Positions 1 through 6,598 of a stretch of DNA of 10,932 nucleotides are shown in pieces; the stretch's first letter is position 1, and every line of letters starts with the position of its first letter. Below the pieces are notes generated by a model. That model did no database searches, was not told where the DNA came from, and saw only the letters and a list, made by a program, of their open reading frames with translations. The stretch is from a virus (lineage: Duplodnaviria; Heunggongvirae; Uroviricota; Caudoviricetes). The position numbers were made by a program, and so were the translations under genes. The stretch covers positions 64,001 to 74,932 of IMG/VR virus record IMGVR_UViG_3300020045_012956. The stretch is one strand, 5' to 3'.

Positions 1-1704
1 TTTGAATATTTAGACACTCAAATAAACCCGCTTTCAAACGCTGTTTATGCAAATGCTTATACTTCAAGTGTTGGAATAACAAGTGATCAAATTACTTTTG
101 ATTTGGATGCAAGTTTATTGGACCCAAATTCAACTTATAGAATCATAGTAAATATTTATTGTCATGGTGCTGCAATGACTGAAAACGGTTATTCTTTTGT
201 AAGTGATGCAATTACAATAAAAACTTATCCTGAGCACGATGGTAGGCCTCAAATTAAATTTGCTTGGTTAAGTGAAACTAACTTTTTAGGTGCAAAATCT
301 ATTACAAGTTTACATGATAAATTTGGGTTCAAACTAGAATTAAATCCTTCAATAGGTGCAAATGGTTACAATATAGTAACGGGTAAAGACTTTTATAAAG
401 AAGTAAAAATAATACAAATAAAAATGTATTATGAAGAATTAGGATTTAGACACATAGTTTATTCAAAAGAGTATAATAATTCAAATGTTGGTAATTTACC
501 AGCTATATTTTTAGGCACTGAATTACCAGATTTTACAAGTGGAGTTTTAGCTCAAAGTAAATTTGATACTTTATATTTTCAAAATAGTGCCCCTTTTGAT
601 TGGTTTTTATACCAACAATTTAGAATACGTTACGAATCACATATAAAAAATATACAAACAATTGATTTAAGCAATAATACAATATTAAATATTCCAACAG
701 GAAATCAAAATTGGGAGGGTAAAACTATAATTTTAGAAATTACTCATATAACAAGAAGTAATGAAATTTACACTTTCAATGCTGAATTAGAAATAAGAAC
801 TAATGATTTGACTTTAGAGGCTCAAAATAGTAGCTTTTTGCCTTTGACTCAATATTGTGATCCTATGACATTACAAATACTTGCAACTGCTAGTTTTACA
901 GTTTCACCCCCTCCTTTATGGTCGTTAGATGTTAAAACTTATAATCATTCAAGTGCACGTTATTCAAATGTTAATGTGTTAGTTGTAGGGGCTCCACTTC
1001 CTTATATTTTAGCAGATAGCGACCCTATTTTTACGGCTCAAAGTTCAGGATTATTAGATGAAAGAGCATCAATAAACTCAACTGATTTGAATGTTGGTAT
1101 TCAATACCGTGTTAATGCTGTTTTAAGAGACATGTCAGGGGGTGTAATTGATTTGAATTACATTGAGGATCAAGGGACTTTTAACTACTTTACAAATGGT
1201 TTATCATTTATTTTTGATAATAATTCAATTGTAACTGATAGTGGTTCACATTCAGGAAGCGTTGAATTACCCTTAAAAACTATTTGTAATAATAGCGGTT
1301 TATTGACAAACCCTTGCGATTTGTGGAACTTTTCACACTCAAATAGTGATTCTGATTATGGAATTCCACTTTGTGTTGAAAGTTATATTGAAAAAACTAA
1401 AGAAATTTGCGAACCTATTTTGCCAGTATGTAATGTAGTATTTGATAATATGACATTTCAACTAATAAGGGGAGATTTAGAAGTAACAACATCTTTTTTA
1501 AGTATAATAGGAATTGTAAATTACGATTTATATGTTAGAGATTCTTTGAGTGCGTGGAATATGATTCAAAGTAACGGAACACCTTCTTTAGTTAATATGT
1601 TTGATTATGATTATCCAATACCAGATTTATATTTCTTTAAGATAATTTGGTATGATGAGTGTGGTAATTTTCAAGAAAGTCCCGAATTTAGTTACGAAAT
1701 ATAA
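1..1704 (+). CDS. Large beta-rich putative virion (tail/baseplate-type) protein, 5'-truncated; possible FN3/Ig-like C-terminal domain
   Basis: Frame 1 is open from base 1 (FEYLDTQINPLSNAVYANAYTSSVGITSDQITFDLDAS...), so the TTG at 103 is not the real start. At least 567 aa, rich in N/S/T/aromatics. Stop TAA overlaps the next ATG (TAATG, 1702-1706). Function inferred from context and composition only. Confidence 0.5.
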   Translation, partial: FEYLDTQINPLSNAVYANAYTSSVGITSDQITFDLDASLLDPNSTYRIIVNIYCHGAAMTENGYSFVSDAITIKTYPEHDGRPQIKFAWLSETNFLGAKSITSLHDKFGFKLELNPSIGANGYNIVTGKDFYKEVKIIQIKMYYEELGFRHIVYSKEYNNSNVGNLPAIFLGTELPDFTSGVLAQSKFDTLYFQNSAPFDWFLYQQFRIRYESHIKNIQTIDLSNNTILNIPTGNQNWEGKTIILEITHITRSNEIYTFNAELEIRTNDLTLEAQNSSFLPLTQYCDPMTLQILATASFTVSPPPLWSLDVKTYNHSSARYSNVNVLVVGAPLPYILADSDPIFTAQSSGLLDERASINSTDLNVGIQYRVNAVLRDMSGGVIDLNYIEDQGTFNYFTNGLSFIFDNNSIVTDSGSHSGSVELPLKTICNNSGLLTNPCDLWNFSHSNSDSDYGIPLCVESYIEKTKEICEPILPVCNVVFDNMTFQLIRGDLEVTTSFLSIIGIVNYDLYVRDSLSAWNMIQSNGTPSLVNMFDYDYPIPDLYFFKIIWYDECGNFQESPEFSYEI

Positions 1705-2231
1705 TGGCAAAGTTAAAAGATCATATCACTAATGTGGAAAACCTTATTAGTGATATGAAACAAATAGAAATTGAATTAAAAACGGTTGGAGTTTCTGAAA
1801 TGTTAGGAATTATGAAAAATCGTATTTTTAAGGACGGGCAGGATTCAGATAATAATAAAATAGGGAACTATTCAACTAAAGAAAGTTTTTTTTCTCCTAG
1901 TCAATTTTTCAAGAAAAAACCTGCAAAAGGTATCAAGTTTGATAATGGTTATGCTGGTTTACGTCAATATTTGGGTAGACAAGTAAACTTTGTAGACTTA
2001 AATTTGTCAGGTTCATTAATGCAATCTGTAAAAAGCTTTAGACAAGGTGACAAATTTTTTATTAAGATAATGGAAAACTCAAATGATAGTGTTAGTGAAG
2101 TTGACAAAGCAGAAGGAAACGAGGATAGATTTAATAAAACAATATTTGAGAGTACGAAAAAAGAGAGGGAATCAGCGACAAAGATAATTAATTCACATGT
2201 TGTTGAAGTGTTGAATAGATATTTTAAGTAA
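1704..2231 (+). CDS. Phage virion morphogenesis protein (Mu gpG / P2 gpS-like tail-completion or neck family)
   Basis: 175 aa with pattern NRIFKDGQDSDNNKIGNYS...RQYLGRQVNFVDLNLSGSLMQSV, resembling the family's R-x-F-xx-G-x-D-xx-G...L-x-x-(T/S)G-x-L-xx-S signature (recalled). Coupled to the upstream gene by TAATG. Confidence 0.6.
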   Translation: MAKLKDHITNVENLISDMKQIEIELKTVGVSEMLGIMKNRIFKDGQDSDNNKIGNYSTKESFFSPSQFFKKKPAKGIKFDNGYAGLRQYLGRQVNFVDLNLSGSLMQSVKSFRQGDKFFIKIMENSNDSVSEVDKAEGNEDRFNKTIFESTKKERESATKIINSHVVEVLNRYFK

Positions 2232-2235
2232 ACTA

Positions 2236-2261
2236 ACAGAGGGACATTAACGCCCCTCTGT
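2236..2261 (-). terminator. Intrinsic terminator hairpin T1 between convergent genes
   Basis: ACAGAGGG (2236-2243) / CCCTCTGT (2254-2261). On the minus strand the stem extends to 10 bp through G.U and C-G pairs and is followed by UAGUUU. On the + strand that position is an A.C mismatch and there is no U-tract. Confidence 0.7.
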
Positions 2262-2271
2262 GAAATAATAA

Positions 2272-2511
2272 CTAAAATAATTTATGACATTTTTCTTTTA
2301 GAATCTTTTTTGGAACTTCAAACTCATACTTTCCATTTTCTAATTGATTCCAAACTTTTTCAAAGTTATCAAAACATTCTAAAAAGTTTTCTAGTGATAT
2401 TTTACCAAAACGTTTATTGAATGTTTTATTTTTTGGGTTGTAGTCTGCATAAATCATAAAATTATCATTCTCACAACTACCATTATCTAATGAAATTAAT
2501 TCTATTCTCAT
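2272..2511 (-). CDS. Hypothetical phage protein (79 aa), probable early gene
   Basis: ATG start 5 nt after the stop of the upstream minus-strand gene; ends just before hairpin T1. No recognised motif. Confidence 0.65.
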   Translation of the reverse strand: MRIELISLDNGSCENDNFMIYADYNPKNKTFNKRFGKISLENFLECFDNFEKVWNQLENGKYEFEVPKKILKEKCHKLF

Positions 2512-2516
2512 GATTT

Positions 2517-2915
2517 TTATTCAAAAATCTCAATCAACTCATTTAATTTAAGATAAACTTGAAACATTCCATAACTGTAATTATCATTATAAATATAATT
2601 CCATAGTTTTTCTCTATACTTTTCAGGAACTATTTCAATATTTGAGTGTTTTTTAATAAAAATTTCAATTAAGTTTTCAATATATTGGTATCTTTCTTTC
2701 CAATTTTCCAACTCTTTATTATATTTATCTAATTTCTCATTATAAGAACCAAAATCATTAGCATATTCTAGAATTTCAATATGATTATGATTTTCTTTTA
2801 ATTTGGGTTCAATTGGTTTTTGAGGCTTTTCGTTTTGTAATTTTTCAAGTTCTTTTAATGTTTCATAAACTGAAAGATTCCAGTTTTCTACAATTTCTAA
2901 TGTTAACTTTTCCAT
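2517..2915 (-). CDS. Hypothetical phage protein (132 aa, helical, E/K-rich), probable early gene
   Basis: ATG with A-rich leader 26 nt downstream of a TAATTTTG -7 box. KPQKPIEPKL linker followed by a helical segment. No function recognised. Confidence 0.7.
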   Translation of the reverse strand: MEKLTLEIVENWNLSVYETLKELEKLQNEKPQKPIEPKLKENHNHIEILEYANDFGSYNEKLDKYNKELENWKERYQYIENLIEIFIKKHSNIEIVPEKYREKLWNYIYNDNYSYGMFQVYLKLNELIEIFE

Positions 2916-2941
2916 TTTATTTTCTTTTTAATTTCTTGTTA

Positions 2942-2975
2942 CAAAATTACATCTTTTAGTAATACGATTTACAAA
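2942..2975 (-). promoter_or_regulatory. Leftward Bacteroidota-type promoter, cassette C1
   Basis: Minus strand TTTG (2975-2972), 22 nt, TAATTTTG (2949-2942). Matches the TTTG / TAnnTTTG consensus, slightly longer than the usual 19-21 nt spacing. Confidence 0.7.
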
Positions 2976-3038
2976 AATTGTAAAATAAATTTACAAAACT
3001 TGTTTAACTATCTGAAAATCAATGATAATAATTTTTAT
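2942..3038. repeat. Dispersed regulatory cassette, copy C1 (-7 box, TTTAGTAATAC, two TTTACAA-N3-TTGTAAA-like palindromes)
   Basis: Aligns without gaps to 8180-8276 (79/97 identical by hand count). Palindromes at 2968-2984 and 2990-3006. Confidence 0.9.
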
Positions 3039-3059
3039 AAAATACTCGAAAATATTTTT

Positions 3060-3092
3060 TTTGTTTATCTAAATTATTTTTTACTATATTTG
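3060..3092 (+). promoter_or_regulatory. Rightward Bacteroidota-type promoter, cassette C1
   Basis: TTTG (3060-3063), 21 nt, TATATTTG (3085-3092); ATG 4 nt later. Confidence 0.7.
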
Positions 3093-3096
3093 CATC

Positions 3097-4062
3097 ATGT
3101 TAATTAATTGCTTAAAAAATATACTTGGATTCAAAGGATGCGGTAATAATTCATTTCAACTTGATTTGAATCAATTACACGGCTTTAATATTGAATCAGC
3201 ATCAAAAATAACACCTAAAGATCAAACAGCCGTTGAATTCATTAACAAACAAATTGAATACGCTATAACTCAATCTAATAATGATTTTTTAGGTAAAGTT
3301 CAAAATAACTTTATTGTTTCTCAATTCAATGAGTTTATACCTTACGGTTTATTTTCAGACTATCAAAATAATGCAATTGCACAAAATAGAGGGTTAAGCA
3401 TTCGCAAAGATGCTGCATACATTCAAAAAATATACATTCCAACTATCAAAATAAAAGTTAACAATAACATTACAACTAATATTTTAATTGTAGATGGATT
3501 TGAAACAACCCCCGTTTTAGTTACCCTAGTCGCAAATGTAGAAAATGAAATAACAATTAATTACACTGCAAAAACTGATAGTTTATTTATTCTAATTGAA
3601 GACACTTTTGGACAAATCAACTCATACACTGGAGATTTACCAAGTATAAACGGTTGTAAGTCTTGCGGTGGAAATAAGGGTTACAAAATAAATGATTGTA
3701 ATTTAACCGTTAAAGGGTGGAATGGAGTAACAGAAGACTCTAAAATATACGGTATTGAGGCCGTTATTACAACGGTTTGCAACTATGATAATATTTACTG
3801 TTTACTTGCAAATCAAACTAATCTAAAATATGTTTATTTATATAAGTTTGGAATTCTATTTTTCAAAGAATATTTAACAAGTGACAGATTAAACGAACAT
3901 ACAATTTATAACAAAGATAAATGTTTGTATTTAATTGAAAATTACGAAGTTGAATATCAAAAACAATGGGACATTTTCAACGAATCACTAAAAAACTTTC
4001 TCAATAAAATTAGTGATAATTGTTTGATATGTAGAGGCTTAAAATATGGTTATTCTTTATAA
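3097..4062 (+). CDS. Putative virion structural protein (possible head-tail adaptor), Cys-containing
   Basis: 321 aa. N-terminal CL-x3-LG-x-x-GC...LNxLxG pattern reminiscent of Bacteroidota phage structural proteins; CKSC and CLIC motifs. The adaptor call is contextual. Confidence 0.4.
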   Translation: MLINCLKNILGFKGCGNNSFQLDLNQLHGFNIESASKITPKDQTAVEFINKQIEYAITQSNNDFLGKVQNNFIVSQFNEFIPYGLFSDYQNNAIAQNRGLSIRKDAAYIQKIYIPTIKIKVNNNITTNILIVDGFETTPVLVTLVANVENEITINYTAKTDSLFILIEDTFGQINSYTGDLPSINGCKSCGGNKGYKINDCNLTVKGWNGVTEDSKIYGIEAVITTVCNYDNIYCLLANQTNLKYVYLYKFGILFFKEYLTSDRLNEHTIYNKDKCLYLIENYEVEYQKQWDIFNESLKNFLNKISDNCLICRGLKYGYSL

Positions 4063-4070
4063 TTAAAAAT

Positions 4071-4196
4071 ATGGCAAAAAATGTAATAAAACCGATGGTT
4101 TTCATTCAAAAACCAAAAGTAACACAACCATCACAAAAAATAAATACAACTCCAAAAACTGGAGGTTGTTCAACTTGTAATAAGAATAGAAAATGA
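4071..4196 (+). CDS. Small basic protein (41 aa) with C-terminal CxxC; absent from the ORF track
   Basis: MAKNVIKPMVFIQKPKVTQPSQKINTTPKTGGCSTCNKNRK*. Fills the gap exactly: starts 8 nt after the upstream stop with an A-rich leader, and its TGA overlaps the endolysin ATG (ATGA, 4193-4196). Confidence 0.7.
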   Translation: MAKNVIKPMVFIQKPKVTQPSQKINTTPKTGGCSTCNKNRK

Positions 4197-5083
4197 TACC
4201 CATTCAAAAAGGTGCAATAGGACCTAAAGTTTTAGAAATACAACTAGCATTAAAAAAGTCAGGTATCAATATTGATGCTGATTCTCAATTTGGTAATGAT
4301 ACCGAAAAGGCTGTTATTCAATTTCAGGAATTAAATAATTTAGAAGTCGATGGAATTGTAGGAGAACAAACCTATAATTTATTAGTTTTAGGTAAAAGAA
4401 TAGAAGTAAAAAAAGGTTCTTTGAATTGCGTTGACTTGGTTTATCATACAAATGATTATTACAAATCAATCAATAATAAGAATCAAATTTGTTTACACCA
4501 TACAGCAGGGCCCGCAAGTGCTAAAAATACCATTGATTGGTGGTTAACTGATATTAATTCAACGGGCACAGCCTTTGTTATAGGGGGTAAAGATGGTAAA
4601 AAGGACGGGGAAATAGTTGAGGCGCACCCTTCCGAAAATTGGCAATGGCATTTAGGAGTAGACCCTAAATTTTCAAATGGATTCTCAAATAGAGATAAAA
4701 ACGGGGTTATTTTAGATTCAAAATGTATTGGAATTGAAATTTGTAATTGGGGTTACTTGAATAAGTCAGGTAATAACTTTTTTAGTTATGCTGGTACAAT
4801 AGTAAATTCAAATGATGTTTGCGACTTAGGCAAAAAAATAAGAGGTAAACAATATTTTCAAAAATATACAGATAATCAAATTAATTCAACAAAAAAACTA
4901 TTGCTAGAATTAGCAGAAAAACACTCAATTGAATTGCATAAAACTTATGATTGGAGTTGGTTTGAGTTATCAAATGATGCTTTAAGTGGTAAAAGTGGGG
5001 TTTGGAATCATTGTAATTTTAGAAGTGATAAAATTGATATTTACCCACAACAAGAAATGTTAGATATGTTAAACAGTTTATAA
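4193..5083 (+). CDS. Endolysin: N-terminal peptidoglycan-binding domain (PG_binding_1) plus N-acetylmuramoyl-L-alanine amidase (Amidase_2)
   Basis: KGAIGPKVLEIQLAL...DADSQFGNDTEKAVIQFQ...LEVDGIVGEQT (PG-binding). ICLHHTAG, WQWHLG, IGIEICNWG, YTDNQI, HCNFRSDKIDIYPQ (Zn-amidase motifs). Confidence 0.9.
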   Translation: MIPIQKGAIGPKVLEIQLALKKSGINIDADSQFGNDTEKAVIQFQELNNLEVDGIVGEQTYNLLVLGKRIEVKKGSLNCVDLVYHTNDYYKSINNKNQICLHHTAGPASAKNTIDWWLTDINSTGTAFVIGGKDGKKDGEIVEAHPSENWQWHLGVDPKFSNGFSNRDKNGVILDSKCIGIEICNWGYLNKSGNNFFSYAGTIVNSNDVCDLGKKIRGKQYFQKYTDNQINSTKKLLLELAEKHSIELHKTYDWSWFELSNDALSGKSGVWNHCNFRSDKIDIYPQQEMLDMLNSL

Positions 5084-5094
5084 TAATAAAAAAA

Positions 5095-5394
5095 ATGAAA
5101 AAAGTAGATTATACACAAGCCATTGAGGCTCTTTTGAATAGTAAAATAGTTAAACGTTCAATACATCCAGAAGGAACGTTTATTTTTAGACAAGTTCCAA
5201 GTGAAATATCTAGTGATATTATTCCAAAAATGCAATCTTTGCCTCAATCTGTTAAAGATGAGTTTGCAAAAAGAGAATCTAAAAGTATAAAATATGATAA
5301 TCAATTTGCGATTGTTGATATTGATAATAATATACAAGGTTGGAAACCAGAACCGCAAGATTTTCTTGCAAAAGATTGGATAATTATTGAATAA
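5095..5394 (+). CDS. DUF2829 / Thoeris anti-defence 2 (Tad2)-like protein
   Basis: 99 aa. N-terminal QAIEALLNSKIVKR, central FIF...QSLPQSVK insertion, C-terminal GWKPEPQDFLAKDW, matching the family's ALEALK-G-KV-R ... GW-x-(P/A)S-x-x-D-x-LA-x-DW pattern (recalled). Confidence 0.8.
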   Translation: MKKVDYTQAIEALLNSKIVKRSIHPEGTFIFRQVPSEISSDIIPKMQSLPQSVKDEFAKRESKSIKYDNQFAIVDIDNNIQGWKPEPQDFLAKDWIIIE

Positions 5395-5404
5395 ATTTAT
5401 AAAA

Positions 5405-5623
5405 ATGGCAAAGTTAGTAAAATTAAAACACTTGAAAAGTGGTAGAATTACAGAATTTGAAGAACAATTTTGTATTAACCTTTTGAATCAAACAAAGGGA
5501 CAATTACCACAATATGAAATAGTTAAGGAAGTTGAAAAGGTAGTTGAAAAAACTATTGAACCTGAAAAGCCAAAAAAGGCTGAAAAAAAAGAAGCAATTG
5601 AACCAGAAATTAAAATTGATTAA
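5405..5623 (+). CDS. Hypothetical protein (72 aa) with K/E-rich disordered tail
   Basis: Start moved from the track's TTG at 5387 (which overlaps the upstream gene) to the in-frame ATG at 5405 preceded by ATAAAA. Confidence 0.65.
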   Translation: MAKLVKLKHLKSGRITEFEEQFCINLLNQTKGQLPQYEIVKEVEKVVEKTIEPEKPKKAEKKEAIEPEIKID

Positions 5624-5635
5624 TAAATAAATAAC

Positions 5636-6535
5636 ATGAGTAAAAAAGCAAAAGAAGTATTATTTAACTTAGGATTTGATGATGCAACTATTAATGCTAT
5701 TATGTCAGACGATCCTAATGCAGATTCTGGCAATTTAGCGCAAGTGTTTTTAGGTGGACAGTTTGAACTTTTCAAAAATCATAAAGACTACGGTGGAAAG
5801 ATCAAAAATGAAACTAGAAAAGAAGTTCAAGAAAAAAACAAGAAATCTTTAATTAAAGAATTTGGATTGAATGTTGAGGACGAAGGCAAAGAATGGCCTG
5901 AATTATTATTAGAAAGTAAAAAGGCTTATGAAAAGTCAGTGAGTGAGAAGTATGCTAATTTAACAGATACTGAAGCGAAGGTTGAGTTAAAAAACATGAA
6001 AATTCAATATGCAAAGTTAGAAGATGAAATTAAGCAATTGAAAGAGGTTGAAATACCTTTGCAAAAACAAACAGCAGAAAATCACATTAAACAAGAAAAA
6101 TTTAAGGAAAAACTTAAAAAACATTTGCTTAAAGGTGTTGAATTTGGTGCAATGTCTAACGAAGCTTTTGAAGAAAAGTATTTTGATTTGTATTATAGAA
6201 CATTAAATGAAAAATATGATGTTCTACAATCAAAAGATGGGGAATTTGAATTATGGGATAAAAGTGGAGATGGTAAAGTTTATGATGGTGCAAAACCAGT
6301 AACTCCAAAGATGGCATTTTTGAAAGAATTGGAGGCGGATAAACTATTAAAACAAGGTGTTTCAAACGACCCTAAAAACCCACCTGTAAGCACACCAACG
6401 CAAACGACTCAAACGAATAAACAAACGGTTGTAGTTGAAAATAACAAACCTAGCAACATGTTAGCACCACAAGGGGAAAAGAATGCTATGTATGCACAAA
6501 TAGAGGCTGCTAAGGCGTTGAAAAATAAAAAGTAA
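5636..6535 (+). CDS. Putative capsid scaffolding / assembly protein
   Basis: 299 aa, highly charged, with a long predicted coiled coil (EAKVELKNMKIQYAKLEDEIKQLKE), a P/T/Q-rich disordered tail and a terminal basic helix. This is the typical scaffold layout, but the call is inference. Confidence 0.5.
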   Translation: MSKKAKEVLFNLGFDDATINAIMSDDPNADSGNLAQVFLGGQFELFKNHKDYGGKIKNETRKEVQEKNKKSLIKEFGLNVEDEGKEWPELLLESKKAYEKSVSEKYANLTDTEAKVELKNMKIQYAKLEDEIKQLKEVEIPLQKQTAENHIKQEKFKEKLKKHLLKGVEFGAMSNEAFEEKYFDLYYRTLNEKYDVLQSKDGEFELWDKSGDGKVYDGAKPVTPKMAFLKELEADKLLKQGVSNDPKNPPVSTPTQTTQTNKQTVVVENNKPSNMLAPQGEKNAMYAQIEAAKALKNKK

Positions 6536-6558
6536 CTTAGTATTGTCATAAAATTTTT

Positions 6559-6598
6559 AAGCCGTTAGAATTGATTCTAACGGCTTTTATTTTTTTTA
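6559..6598 (+). terminator. Intrinsic terminator T2
   Basis: AAGCCGTTAGAA-TTGA-TTCTAACGGCTT, a 12-bp perfect stem followed by TTATTTTTTTT. Lies between convergent genes. Confidence 0.9.

Noticed and set aside
103-105. TTG start for the first ORF
   Set aside because: The frame is open to base 1; the gene begins outside the window.
4071-4196. Small ORF as a holin
   Set aside because: No hydrophobic segment long enough to span a membrane.
5158-5358. 66-aa minus-strand ORF from the track
   Set aside because: Lies wholly antisense within the Tad2-like gene, has no promoter, and has shadow-ORF composition.
6156-6365. 69-aa minus-strand ORF from the track
   Set aside because: Antisense shadow inside the scaffold-like gene; its H/L-rich composition reflects the opposite strand's codons.
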